DNA of 64,000 bases from Finegoldia sp. (GTDB lineage Bacteria; Bacillota; Clostridia; Tissierellales; Peptoniphilaceae): assembly GCA_034180305.1 (NCBI GenBank), contig JAXFOR010000005.1, positions 139,758 to 203,757 of the forward strand, written 5' to 3'. The position numbers and the translations under genes were made by a program. The notes beneath the pieces were generated by a model. The model saw only the letters and a program-made list of their open reading frames with translations, was not told the DNA's origin and made no database searches. Position 1 is the stretch's first letter. The number at the start of each line of letters is the position of its first letter. Shown piece after piece: positions 10,327-20,389 of this stretch.

Positions 10327-12438
10327 TTAATCATTCTTTTTATTTTCTTCTTTTCTATTTTCTTTAGGTAAAAGGGCTTTTCTTGATAAATTAAGTCTTC
10401 CCTGATCATCTATGTCAGTAAGTTTTACCATTATTTCATCCCCAACCTTTAAAACGTCTTCTACCTTGTTTACCCTTTCGTGGGAAATGTTTGATATGTG
10501 AAGAAGACCTTCCTTATCAGGTAATATTTCAATAAAGGCTCCGAAATTAGTTATCTTTGTAACTTTTCCAAGGTACTTTTCTCCGACTTCAGGTTCTCTT
10601 ATAATTTCATTTATCATTTCCAAAGCCTTTTCAACTGATTCAAAGTTATCTCCGGAAATTGTAATCTTTCCATCATCTTCCGTATCAATCTTATTTACCT
10701 TGCTTTCAGTTATTATCTTGTTAATTAACTTTCCACCCGGTCCTATAATTTCTCTTACCTTTTCAGGTTTTACTTGGATAGTTTTTAACCTTGGAGCATA
10801 TTTAGAAATTTGGTTAGGTTGTGATATTTCTTCATTTATTACTGAGAGAATTTCAAGTCTTGCTTTTTTAGCTCTTTCTAAAGCTTCCTTAAGGATATCT
10901 TCTGATATTCCATCTATTTTTATATCCATTTGCAAAGCTGTGATTCCATCCTTTGTCCCTGCTACCTTAAAGTCCATATCTCCTAAATGATCTTCAAGGC
11001 CTTGGATGTCTGTAAGGATAATTACATCATCATCTTCTTTTATAAGTCCCATAGCAATGCCTGCTACCGGAGCTTTAATAGGAACCCCTGCATCAAGCAA
11101 GGATAAAGTAGAGCCACATATAGAAGCTTGTGAACTTGATCCGTTACTGCTTAAAACTTCAGATACTACCCTTATTGTATAAGGAAATTCTTCTTCAGAA
11201 GGAATTACCGGTAACAAGGCTCTTTCAGCTAAGGCTCCGTGACCTAACTCTCTTCTTCCCGGTCCTCTTAAAGGTCTTACATCTCCAACAGAATAAGGAG
11301 GAAAGTTGTATTGATGCATATAGACCTTATCTTCTTCTTCAATCATCCCGTCCATAACCTGTACGTCTGAAGGAGTACCTAAGGTTGTGACTGATAGTAC
11401 TTGAGTTTGTCCTCTCTTGAAAAGTCCTGATCCGTGAGCTCTAGGTAGTAGGCCATGGTCACATGATAAAGGTCTTATTTCGTCTAAGGCCCTTCCGTCC
11501 GGTCTCTTCTTTTCCTTTGTAATAAGATTTCTAAACTCATCTTTTTCTATATCTTCTATGATAGCCTTTATTTCACTTTCAGCTTCAGGATACTCTTCTT
11601 TAAAATTTTCTAAGGTATCTTCTACAATTTGATCCTTATCTCTGCCACGTTCTTTTTTATCATCAGTTATAATGGCATCTTTCATATCAGAGCCTACGAA
11701 AGCTTTAACCTTTTCTTCAAGCTCTTGATCCCTGACTTCCTTAACGAATTCTTTCTTTTCTTTTCCGCAATCTTTTTGAATTTCTAGAATAAAATCACAT
11801 ATTCCCTTTATTTCTTCATGAGCTCTTAATATTGCATTAAGAACAGTTTCTTCAGAAACATTATTACATCCTGCTTCAACCATCATTATTGCATCTTTAG
11901 TTCCTGAAACTGTAAGGTTCAAATCTGATTTTTCTCCTGCTTCAGAATCCGGATTTATGACAAATTCTCCATCTACAAGACCTATAGAAACGGCCCCTGT
12001 CGGTCCTAAGAAAGGAATGTCTGATATGCTAAGGGCAATAGATGATCCTATCATTGCTAAAATATCAGGATGTGAATCCTTGTCAAGTGATAGGGCAGTA
12101 GCAATAATTTGGACATCATTTCTATATCCATCAGGGAAAAGTGGACGAAGAGGTCTATCTATTAATCTAGATATTAAAATAGCTCTGTCGCTAGGTTTAC
12201 CTTCTCTTTTTATATATCCTCCGGGGAACTTACCTACTGCGTATAATTTTTCTTCAAAATCACATGTCAAAGGGAAAAAATCTACCCCGTCTCTTGGGTT
12301 TTTAGAGCTTACAGCTGTAACTAATATAACTGTCTCTCCACTTTGAATTAAGCAAGCTCCGTTAGCCTGTTCAGCTACTTTACCTATGGTTACCTCAAGC
12401 TTTTTGCCACATAGATCATATTCATATCTTTTTACCAT
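10327..12438 (-). CDS. pnp: Polynucleotide phosphorylase
   Basis: [29 protein letters not shown] and S1 domains. Confidence 0.98.
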   Translation of the reverse strand: MVKRYEYDLCGKKLEVTIGKVAEQANGACLIQSGETVILVTAVSSKNPRDGVDFFPLTCDFEEKLYAVGKFPGGYIKREGKPSDRAILISRLIDRPLRPLFPDGYRNDVQIIATALSLDKDSHPDILAMIGSSIALSISDIPFLGPTGAVSIGLVDGEFVINPDSEAGEKSDLNLTVSGTKDAIMMVEAGCNNVSEETVLNAILRAHEEIKGICDFILEIQKDCGKEKKEFVKEVRDQELEEKVKAFVGSDMKDAIITDDKKERGRDKDQIVEDTLENFKEEYPEAESEIKAIIEDIEKDEFRNLITKEKKRPDGRALDEIRPLSCDHGLLPRAHGSGLFKRGQTQVLSVTTLGTPSDVQVMDGMIEEEDKVYMHQYNFPPYSVGDVRPLRGPGRRELGHGALAERALLPVIPSEEEFPYTIRVVSEVLSSNGSSSQASICGSTLSLLDAGVPIKAPVAGIAMGLIKEDDDVIILTDIQGLEDHLGDMDFKVAGTKDGITALQMDIKIDGISEDILKEALERAKKARLEILSVINEEISQPNQISKYAPRLKTIQVKPEKVREIIGPGGKLINKIITESKVNKIDTEDDGKITISGDNFESVEKALEMINEIIREPEVGEKYLGKVTKITNFGAFIEILPDKEGLLHISNISHERVNKVEDVLKVGDEIMVKLTDIDDQGRLNLSRKALLPKENRKEENKKND

Positions 12439-12456
12439 CAATTTCTCCTTGTTAGC

Positions 12457-12481
12457 AAAAAAGACGGATATACCGCCTTTT
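12457..12481 (-). terminator. Terminator after rpsO
   Basis: AAAAGGCGG-TATAT-CCGTCTTTTTT on minus strand. Confidence 0.65.
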
Positions 12482-12482
12482 A

Positions 12483-12749
12483 TTACCTTCTGATATTTAA
12501 TCTTTGTATTAAGTTACGATATCTTTCAATGTCCTTTTTTGAAAGATATTTAAGAAGATTTCTTCTCTTACCAATCATTTTATATAATCCTCTTCTAGAG
12601 TGATGATCTTTAGGATTACTCTTTAAGTGTTCTGTTAAATAGTTGATTCTGTAAGTCAATAAAGCAACTTGAACTTCAGGAGAACCTGTATCTCCTTCTT
12701 CTAACTGATATTCTTTAATAATTTCTTCTTTAATTTCTTTAGTATACAT
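12483..12749 (-). CDS. rpsO: 30S ribosomal protein S15
   Basis: [22 protein letters not shown]; ATG at 12749 after GGAGG. Confidence 0.98.
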   Translation of the reverse strand: MYTKEIKEEIIKEYQLEEGDTGSPEVQVALLTYRINYLTEHLKSNPKDHHSRRGLYKMIGKRRNLLKYLSKKDIERYRNLIQRLNIRR

Positions 12750-12806
12750 ACTTTCCTCCAAAAATTTAATTCACCTTGACATGGAAACCGTCGAGGAGTC
12801 GTATTC

Positions 12807-13748
12807 CTATGCAAAGGTATTACTTAATAAGTTTAACATATATTTATCTTTTTGTAAATTAATATCCTTACCTTCAGCGTACTCTTTATCATGTTTAAGT
12901 TGATTAATTAAGCCGTCTTGACTAGGAAATTTTATATTTTCTCTCATCTTTTCTAAGAAAATAAGTTCTATCCTTTTGCCATATATGGTATCTGAAAAAT
13001 CAAGGACATTTGTCTCTATTTTAAAGTCATTTTCATTGTAGGTCAGATTTGCTCCAACAGAAGTTATTCCCTTATATATATTCCCGTCTATTATTACATT
13101 TGTATAGTAGACTCCATCTTTAGGTATAAGATAATCTTCAGCTCTTAAGTTAAGAGTAGGAAAGCCTAATTTTTTACCTCTAGATAATCCATGTACAACC
13201 TCTCCCTTTACAGAGTAGGGTCTATATAAGAGCTTATTTGCACTTTCAACGTCGCCATCTGCTAGAAAAGTCCTTATAACTGTAGACCTTATGGGGATAT
13301 TATTTATTTTGTCTTCAAGAAGAATGTGAGTATGAAATTTATCCCTATAGGTTAAGAGTAGATTTATATCTCCTTTTGCCCCTTTACCGAATTTAAAATC
13401 ATCACCTACGACTATATTTTTAAATCCTATAGTTTCATACATCTTATTTATAAAAAGGTCGGCATCAGTGGAGAGAAAATTATAATCAGCCTCCTTTATA
13501 TAGCAATTGTCAATGCCGAGTCTTTCTGCTATAAAGATTTTATCGTCTAATGATAAAAGATATCTGAATTTCGTATCTTTAAGTTTATTTAGGGTATGAT
13601 TTTTAAAAAATAATATGCCTGAAGGCTTGTATTTATTTGCAGTATTTATAAGTTTTTGATGGGCAAGGTGAATTCCGTCAAAATTACCCATAGTTAAGGA
13701 ATTAGAATAAACTATACGATTTTTTTTATCTAAATCTATAATTTTCAT
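12807..13748 (-). CDS. ribF: Riboflavin kinase / FAD synthetase
   Basis: GNFDGIHLAH, GFPTLN. Confidence 0.95.
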   Translation of the reverse strand: MKIIDLDKKNRIVYSNSLTMGNFDGIHLAHQKLINTANKYKPSGILFFKNHTLNKLKDTKFRYLLSLDDKIFIAERLGIDNCYIKEADYNFLSTDADLFINKMYETIGFKNIVVGDDFKFGKGAKGDINLLLTYRDKFHTHILLEDKINNIPIRSTVIRTFLADGDVESANKLLYRPYSVKGEVVHGLSRGKKLGFPTLNLRAEDYLIPKDGVYYTNVIIDGNIYKGITSVGANLTYNENDFKIETNVLDFSDTIYGKRIELIFLEKMRENIKFPSQDGLINQLKHDKEYAEGKDINLQKDKYMLNLLSNTFA

Positions 13749-14608
13749 ACATTAAATACCTTTTTCATCTTCAACTTACTTTGTTTTATTTCTCCAACTC
13801 CTATAAATTTATCATCGCAACTCACCCTGACTAAATCTTTATCATCCTTATCCTTAAGGTAAATTATAGATCCGTTACTTACTTTTTTATATAAATCATT
13901 ATCTAAATCGATAGAATCCATATAGCTTAAAGAGTCATAAAGGCTGTAAGATACATCTGAAAAATTTGATAGTTTTTTTAAGCTTTCAAGCTTTATAGAG
14001 TCTTCTATTTTAAAGCCCGCTGATTCAACTCTTATCAGAGACTTCATATAGGCACATCTGTTCAAGTCTTTTGCTATATCAGCTACTAAACTCCTTATAT
14101 AGGTTCCCTTTGAACATTTTACCTTTATAATGGCTGAATTTTCCAAGAGATATATGGGATTTATATCATATATAGTTACTTCTCTGGCCTTTCTTTCCAC
14201 TTCTATATTTTCTCTTGCATACTCATAAAGTCTTTTACCCTTTATTTTTATAGCAGAGTACATCGGTGGAACTTGACTGATAGTTTTTCCCCTCAAATCA
14301 TTTAATATTTCAAGCAACTTGTCCTTATCATAATCACTTTTTGACTTAGCTATTACTTTACCTGACAAATCCAAAGTATCTGTGGCAAGGCCAAATTGCA
14401 TCTGAAATATATAGGTTTTACCATATTCCATAAGATACTCTGTAAGCTTGGTTCCCTTACCTACTCCGACTAAAAGGACTCCTGTCGCATCCGGGTCCAA
14501 GGTACCTGCATGACCAACTTTACCTGTGTTAAAAATCTTTTTGCAGATAGAAACTACGTCATTTGAAGTGAATCCTTTTTCTTTAAAAATATTAAAAATA
14601 GCATCCAT
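13745..14608 (-). CDS. truB: tRNA pseudouridine(55) synthase
   Basis: GHAGTLDP, QVPPMYSA, CSKGTYIRS. Confidence 0.97.
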   Translation of the reverse strand: MDAIFNIFKEKGFTSNDVVSICKKIFNTGKVGHAGTLDPDATGVLLVGVGKGTKLTEYLMEYGKTYIFQMQFGLATDTLDLSGKVIAKSKSDYDKDKLLEILNDLRGKTISQVPPMYSAIKIKGKRLYEYARENIEVERKAREVTIYDINPIYLLENSAIIKVKCSKGTYIRSLVADIAKDLNRCAYMKSLIRVESAGFKIEDSIKLESLKKLSNFSDVSYSLYDSLSYMDSIDLDNDLYKKVSNGSIIYLKDKDDKDLVRVSCDDKFIGVGEIKQSKLKMKKVFNV

Positions 14609-14609
14609 T

Positions 14610-15557
14610 TTATAATAAGTCTAATATCCTCTTTACAACGTTATCATAAGTATCTTCTATTCTTGTAGCAGCAGCATTAAAGTGACCGCCACCGCCTAAC
14701 TTTTCTGCTATTTCAGATACATTTATTTCCCCCTTACTTCTAAAGCTTACCTTGTAGTCATTAGTGGCCTTTTCCTTTATAAGGATGGAAATATCTATCT
14801 TATCTGTATCCCTGAAAATATTTATAACGTTATCAATATCAGACACATCAACCTTATACTTTTCAAGCTGAGATAAGCTTACCCTGCTAAGAGCTACATG
14901 GTCATCGATAATTCTGGTATCTGATAGAATTTCATTTTGAAGTAACTGGGCATCAAACTTCTTGGATTGGTAGACATTTAAGTTTATTTCTTGTATTTTA
15001 GCACCGAATTTCACCAAGTCAGATGCCTTTCTTAGAGTCTCAGCAGTTGTAGCTCCGTAAAGAAATCTTCCGGTATCGGTTGATATGCCTGTTAAGATAG
15101 ATGTAGCCATATCTTCATCTATCTTAATTTCCAGGCTTTCAAATATATCATAAACAAGTTCACAAGTTGATGAATAGCCCTCTTTTACCATATTTATATC
15201 GGCATAATTTTCATTTGTCATATGGTGATCTATGTTTACTGTTTTCTTCGCCCTTGAAAACACATAATCCACATCGCCCAGTCTATCATAGTTGGCACAG
15301 TCAAGGCAGATTAAAATGTCAACATCAAGCTTGCTTTGGTCTGTAAAATTATCTCCGAAACTTAAAAATTTTAAGTTATAAGGTATTTTATCAAAACAAA
15401 TTACCTTGACATCCTTGCCCAAATTTGTAAGGGCCTTTGAAAAGGCATTCAAAGACCCCAAATTATCACCATCAGGATCTCTGTGTGATATAAGGGCAAA
15501 TTTTTCATTATCCTTAATTAAACTCTTAAAGAGGCTAAGGTCATCTTCTTTAATCAT
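14610..15557 (-). CDS. nrnA: DHH/DHHA1 nanoRNase / pAp phosphatase
   Basis: HRDPDGD, IDHH, DTGRF, GGGGH. Confidence 0.9.
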   Translation of the reverse strand: MIKEDDLSLFKSLIKDNEKFALISHRDPDGDNLGSLNAFSKALTNLGKDVKVICFDKIPYNLKFLSFGDNFTDQSKLDVDILICLDCANYDRLGDVDYVFSRAKKTVNIDHHMTNENYADINMVKEGYSSTCELVYDIFESLEIKIDEDMATSILTGISTDTGRFLYGATTAETLRKASDLVKFGAKIQEINLNVYQSKKFDAQLLQNEILSDTRIIDDHVALSRVSLSQLEKYKVDVSDIDNVINIFRDTDKIDISILIKEKATNDYKVSFRSKGEINVSEIAEKLGGGGHFNAAATRIEDTYDNVVKRILDLL

Positions 15558-15912
15558 TATTATCTTCCTTGTGGATTTCTTCAATCAGATTATTTATGTG
15601 TTGAGCATGTTCTGAAGTATTGTCCAGCTTAAATATCAATCTAGGAGTATGTCTTAAATCTACATTTTCGCCGATTTCTTTTCTTAAAAATCCGCCTGCA
15701 CTTATAAGACCTTCCTTGGTATCTTCCTTAGCCTTATCATCTCCGATTGTAGAAAAATAAATTGTAGCATAGCTTAGGTCATTTGTAACCTCTACTCCTG
15801 TTATAGAAGTGTTTATTTTATCTATTCTCGGATCTTTGATCTGATTTATTATGCTGTTGGAAACTATTTTTTGTATTTCTGAAGCTATTCTTTGAGTTCT
15901 TTTTTTATTCAT
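15550..15912 (-). CDS. rbfA: Ribosome-binding factor A
   Basis: IKDPRI, DLSYA, LRHTPRLIF. Confidence 0.96.
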   Translation of the reverse strand: MNKKRTQRIASEIQKIVSNSIINQIKDPRIDKINTSITGVEVTNDLSYATIYFSTIGDDKAKEDTKEGLISAGGFLRKEIGENVDLRHTPRLIFKLDNTSEHAQHINNLIEEIHKEDNND

Positions 15913-15917
15913 TAAAT

Positions 15918-18191
15918 CTACCTTTTGATTTCTTCCATTACATAAGCTTCTATAACATCGTCAACCTTAACATCATTAAAGTTTTCAAGTCCCATTCCAC
16001 CTTCAAAGCCTTGGGTAATTTCTTTTGCATCATCCTTAAATCTCTTTAAAGATGCCACATTACCTTCAAAAATAACTACATCATCTCTAAGCAATCTTGT
16101 TGAAGAATTACGAGTAACCTTACCGCTTGTAACATATATACCTGCTACAGTTCCTACATTTGGAACCTTGAAAGTATCTCTTATTACAGCTCTTCCCAAT
16201 ACTTTTTCACGATACTCAGGTTTTAGCATACCTGTAATGGCATTCTTTATGTCTTCAATGGCATCGTAAATAACCCTGTAAGTTCTTATGTCAACTTTTT
16301 CTTCCTTTGCCAAGTCCATAGCAGGTTGAGATGGTCTTACGTTAAAGCCTATAATTACAGCATTTGAAGCAATAGCAAGATTTACATCTGATTCATTAAT
16401 ACCACCTACTGCTCCGTGGATGATATTTACCCTTACTTCATCATTGCTTAGCTTTTCAAAAGATTGTTTTACTGCATCAATTGTTCCCTTAACATCTGTC
16501 TTTATAATTATGTTAAGATCTGTAGTTTCTCCACCTGAAATTTTGCCGAATAAGTCGTCCAAGTTCATTGATGTAGATGATTTAAGCATTTCTTCTCTGT
16601 TATGATCTTTTATCTTTTGAGCATAATTTCTGGCATCTTTTTCATCATCTACAGCATAAAGAATATCTCCTGCTTCCGGAACTTCATTCAAACCTAAAAT
16701 TTGGACAGGAATTGATGGACCGGCTTTCTTTACTTGCTTAGCCTTATCATTAAACATGGCCCTTATTCTACCACTTGCTTCCCCACTGAATACGAAATCA
16801 TTGTGGTGAAGAGTTCCCTTATTAACCAAGATAGTTGCTACAGGTCCCTTACCCTTATCTAATTGTGCTTCTATGACAGTACCTATGGCATTTCTATTTG
16901 GATTTGCCTTTAACTCTTCCATTTCAGCTACCATTAGAATCATTTCAAGAAGATCGTCAATTCCTTCTCCTGTCTTTGCAGATACAGGGACTATTATCGC
17001 TTCTCCACCCCAGTCTTCAGGCATAAGTCCGTTTTCAGCAAGCTCACTTTTTACTCTTTCTATATTTGCATCAGGCTTATCAATTTTATTTACAGCTACT
17101 ATTATAGGTACTCCTGCAGCCTTGGAGTGGTTTATAGCTTCCAAGGTTTGAGGCATTACCCCGTCATCTGCAGCTACTACTAAGACTGATATATCAGTAA
17201 CTTGAGCTCCCCTGCTTCTCATAGCTGTAAAGGCTTCGTGACCCGGTGTATCTAAGAAAACTATCTTCTTTCCTTGAATATTTATAGTATAAGCCCCTAT
17301 ATGTTGAGTAATTCCACCGGCTTCTCCCTTAGTTACATGACTATTTCTTATATTGTCAAGGATTGATGTTTTACCATGGTCAACGTGACCCATGACAGTT
17401 ACTACCGGTGGTCTTTCTACTAAATCTTCTTCATCATCTTCAAAGTCAAGATTAAATACGTCGTCACCATCGAAGTCTTCCATTTCTTCTTGCTCTACAA
17501 TAATATTAAATTCATCTAGGACAAGGCTTGCTGTATCGAAATCTATTTCTTGATTTTGATTAGCCATAATTCCGAGATCCATCAATTTAACAATTAGGTT
17601 AGCAATAGAAATTCCTGACTTTTCAGCCAAATCCTTTATGGTAATTTCTGACATCATAGTTATTTTTTTAGGTTTTTTAGGCTCTTTAGTGTTATTATTC
17701 TTAGAATCCTTTTTATTATTTTCCTTGTTGTTTTTATTCTTATTGTGGTTCTTCTTAGAATTCTTCTTGTTATTTTTCTTCTTGTTATTTTTCTTCTTGT
17801 TGTCAGAATTTTTATTATCAGAATTTGTATTTTTGTTATCAGCTTTTATATTTTTCTGATTATTTTTTTTGTTAGAATTATTTGCTTTGTTAAAGTTTTT
17901 GTCTGTATGTTTGCCCTTATTCTTATTAGATGAATTATCTGACTTATCTTTGTCATCATAAGGCTTACTGTCTTTAGGATTTTTTTCAGCTTTCTTTTCT
18001 TTTTTCCCTTGGTCTTGGTTTAAGCTTTGGGATTTTTTTGCCTTAGCGTCTTTTATCTTTTGGGCTTGTTCATCATCTAAGCTTGACATATGACTTTTTA
18101 CAACTATGCCATTATTTTCTAAATCTATCATTAAATCCTTAGTTGCTATATTTAACTCTTTAGCTAATTCATATACTCTCATTTTACCCAT
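15918..18191 (-). CDS. infB: Translation initiation factor IF-2
   Basis: RVYELAKEL, GHVDHGKT, DTPGHEAF. Confidence 0.99.
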   Translation of the reverse strand: MGKMRVYELAKELNIATKDLMIDLENNGIVVKSHMSSLDDEQAQKIKDAKAKKSQSLNQDQGKKEKKAEKNPKDSKPYDDKDKSDNSSNKNKGKHTDKNFNKANNSNKKNNQKNIKADNKNTNSDNKNSDNKKKNNKKKNNKKNSKKNHNKNKNNKENNKKDSKNNNTKEPKKPKKITMMSEITIKDLAEKSGISIANLIVKLMDLGIMANQNQEIDFDTASLVLDEFNIIVEQEEMEDFDGDDVFNLDFEDDEEDLVERPPVVTVMGHVDHGKTSILDNIRNSHVTKGEAGGITQHIGAYTINIQGKKIVFLDTPGHEAFTAMRSRGAQVTDISVLVVAADDGVMPQTLEAINHSKAAGVPIIVAVNKIDKPDANIERVKSELAENGLMPEDWGGEAIIVPVSAKTGEGIDDLLEMILMVAEMEELKANPNRNAIGTVIEAQLDKGKGPVATILVNKGTLHHNDFVFSGEASGRIRAMFNDKAKQVKKAGPSIPVQILGLNEVPEAGDILYAVDDEKDARNYAQKIKDHNREEMLKSSTSMNLDDLFGKISGGETTDLNIIIKTDVKGTIDAVKQSFEKLSNDEVRVNIIHGAVGGINESDVNLAIASNAVIIGFNVRPSQPAMDLAKEEKVDIRTYRVIYDAIEDIKNAITGMLKPEYREKVLGRAVIRDTFKVPNVGTVAGIYVTSGKVTRNSSTRLLRDDVVIFEGNVASLKRFKDDAKEITQGFEGGMGLENFNDVKVDDVIEAYVMEEIKR
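17761..17801. repeat. 15-bp tandem repeat (about 2.7 copies) in the IF-2 Asn/Lys linker
   Basis: TTCTTCTTGTTATTT repeated, encoding NNKKK units. Confidence 0.8.
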
Positions 18192-18209
18192 ACGAGCCTC
18201 CTTTGGTAT

Positions 18210-18473
18210 TTAATCGTCTACATAACTAAGTAACTCCTCATAAACTTCTTGATTCACATTTGTTTTAAAAGCATGATTTAACTTTTTATCCTTCATAGCT
18301 TTTTCTATGCATGCCTTATCCTTACAAATATATGCTCCTCTTCCATTCATTTTATATGTTGGATCTATTAAAATACCTTCTTCTTTATTTAAAACAATTC
18401 TTATCAATTCTTCTTTTGTCTTATTTTCCCCACATGATATACATTTTCTTAAAGGGATTTTTTTCTTTTTCAT
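18210..18473 (-). CDS. ylxR: YlxR family RNA-binding protein
   Basis: PLRKCISC, GRGAYIC. Confidence 0.93.
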   Translation of the reverse strand: MKKKKIPLRKCISCGENKTKEELIRIVLNKEEGILIDPTYKMNGRGAYICKDKACIEKAMKDKKLNHAFKTNVNQEVYEELLSYVDD

Positions 18474-18494
18474 TTGATACTCCGAATTATTGAA

Positions 18495-19772
18495 CTAATT
18501 TTCCTCTTCATCTATTTCAAAATTTTCATTCAATTTATCATCTTCATTGTCATCAATATTTTCTTCATCAAAATCTAAATCGTCAAAATCTACATCATCG
18601 TAGTCTTTATTATCTTCAAAGTCTTTTTCTAAATCTGCTTGTCTAACTTCTACACCTAGATTTTGAAGAAATTCTTTTTCCCCTTCAAATTCTATACCTA
18701 TAGTCTCACCCTTATATTCTTTAATATATTGATTTAAACCCTTTATATCTATCTTCCAGTTAGTTAACTTGGCAGCAAGTCTTGCATTTTGGCCTTCTTT
18801 ACCGATAGCTAAGGATAGTTGATTTTCATCTACTATTACTCTACATACCTTATTTTTGTTATCTATAAATGTTTCTATCACTTCAGAAGGACTTAAACTG
18901 TTTGCTATAAAAGTTTTTATATCCTTTGACCATACTACAATATCTAATTTTTCGCCATTTAATTCATCAACTATTGACTTTACCCTAGCTCCGCTAAGAC
19001 CTACGCAGGCTCCTACCGGGTCTACATTAGGATCATTTGAATATACAGCTATCTTTGTACGAGATCCTGCTTCCCTTGCTATATTAAATATTTCTACAGT
19101 TCCGTCAGATATTTCAGGGATTTCAAGTTCAAACAATCTCTTGATTAAGTTAGGATCAGTTCTTGATAGGATTATCTGAGCTCCCTTTGTAGTGTTTCTT
19201 ACTTCTTTTATATATAGTTTGAGTCTTTGGTTAGGTTCATAACTTTCTTGTGATATCTGTTCAGATACAGGTATTATACCCTCTACCCTACCTAAATCAA
19301 TAAATACTGAGCCTCTGTCAATCCTTTGAACAGTTCCTGTTATTATTTCTTTTTCCCTTTCAACAAATTCATTGTAGATGTTGTTTCTTTCTGCATCTTT
19401 TATTTGTTGAATCATTATATTTCTTGTAGTTTGAGCAGCTATTCTCCCAAAATCCTTAGGAGTTTCCTTTAATTTAATCCTATCACCAAGCTCACATTTG
19501 CTGTCAATAGTCCTTGCCTTTTCAAGAGATATTTCACATGATTCATTTTCAGGATCTTCTACTACCTCTTTTACAACATATATTTCTATATCTCCTGTTT
19601 CCCTATCAACTTTTGCTTCAATAAGGTCGGATTTTTCTTCAGGGTCTTGATAGTTATAATTTTTTTCATAACTTTTTACCAAGGCCTTTTCCAAAGAGTC
19701 TATAATAAGATCTTTAGGTATTTTTTTTGTTTTTTCAAGCTCATCGAGTGCAGCTATAAATTCCTTATTCAT
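18495..19772 (-). CDS. nusA: Transcription termination factor NusA
   Basis: FGRIAAQT, AREAGSRTKIAV, AIGKEGQNARLA; acidic tail. Confidence 0.98.
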   Translation of the reverse strand: MNKEFIAALDELEKTKKIPKDLIIDSLEKALVKSYEKNYNYQDPEEKSDLIEAKVDRETGDIEIYVVKEVVEDPENESCEISLEKARTIDSKCELGDRIKLKETPKDFGRIAAQTTRNIMIQQIKDAERNNIYNEFVEREKEIITGTVQRIDRGSVFIDLGRVEGIIPVSEQISQESYEPNQRLKLYIKEVRNTTKGAQIILSRTDPNLIKRLFELEIPEISDGTVEIFNIAREAGSRTKIAVYSNDPNVDPVGACVGLSGARVKSIVDELNGEKLDIVVWSKDIKTFIANSLSPSEVIETFIDNKNKVCRVIVDENQLSLAIGKEGQNARLAAKLTNWKIDIKGLNQYIKEYKGETIGIEFEGEKEFLQNLGVEVRQADLEKDFEDNKDYDDVDFDDLDFDEENIDDNEDDKLNENFEIDEEEN

Positions 19773-19781
19773 AATTATTTA

Positions 19782-20255
19782 TCAATCGAAAATGGATAAT
19801 TTTATCGATGATATGTTACTCCTTTCTAAATCATAAGTCTTACTTTTAGTTTCTATACTTACCTTATCCTCAGTAAAATCTATTAGTTTGCCTTTTATTT
19901 CTTTTTTATTGTCAATAGACTTATATAGGTTAACTATTACAATGTTACCTATATTTTTTCTATAATCCCTGTCCCTAGTAAAAGGAGTATCGATATCTAA
20001 CGAAGCTATTTCCAAGTAGTAAGCTTCCTTTATAGGATCAAGCTCATCAAGTTTGTCTGTGATTAAGTCATTTACACTTTCACACTCATCTACGCTTACA
20101 AAGCCTTCTAAGCCTTCTTTTTTTTCTATATAGAAGGTCAATATATTTTTATCATCTCTCCTAGTATATTCAACGTCGTAAAATTCAACATCTAAATTTT
20201 TTATCAAGGGTGTTAGATCTTCTCTCATCATCTTTCTTAAAAGATTTCTATTCAT
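19782..20255 (-). CDS. rimP: Ribosome maturation factor RimP
   Basis: VDECESV, YYLEIAS; first gene of nusA-infB operon; ATG at 20255 after GGGGAGG. Confidence 0.9.
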   Translation of the reverse strand: MNRNLLRKMMREDLTPLIKNLDVEFYDVEYTRRDDKNILTFYIEKKEGLEGFVSVDECESVNDLITDKLDELDPIKEAYYLEIASLDIDTPFTRDRDYRKNIGNIVIVNLYKSIDNKKEIKGKLIDFTEDKVSIETKSKTYDLERSNISSIKLSIFD

Positions 20256-20286
20256 ATTTCCCTCCCCATATTTTATATCAAACAAA

Positions 20287-20311
20287 TGAGAGTGGGCACT
20301 GCCCACTCTCA
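20287..20311 (-). promoter_or_regulatory. rimP leader hairpin
   Basis: Perfect GC-rich stem TGAGAGTGGGC-N3-GCCCACTCTCA in the 5' leader, downstream of TTGCAT-17-TATAAT (20360-20332). Confidence 0.7.
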
Positions 20312-20389
20312 CTCCTTTAACTATTAGTACAATTATAGCATTTTATTAAATTATATGCAAATTACAAAGCCTAAAAGATCTTATTTTCA

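Noticed and set aside
18495-18660. Acidic D/E-rich C-terminal tail of NusA
   Set aside because: Low-complexity acidic tails are common in these proteins; no specific signal.
19782-20312. ORF-track 5' extensions (rimP to 20312; similarly lexA, ftsK, nrnA, pilB, lepA, Rrf2)
   Set aside because: Extensions run through leaders, promoters or upstream genes; downstream starts fit family N-termini and in most cases a better RBS.
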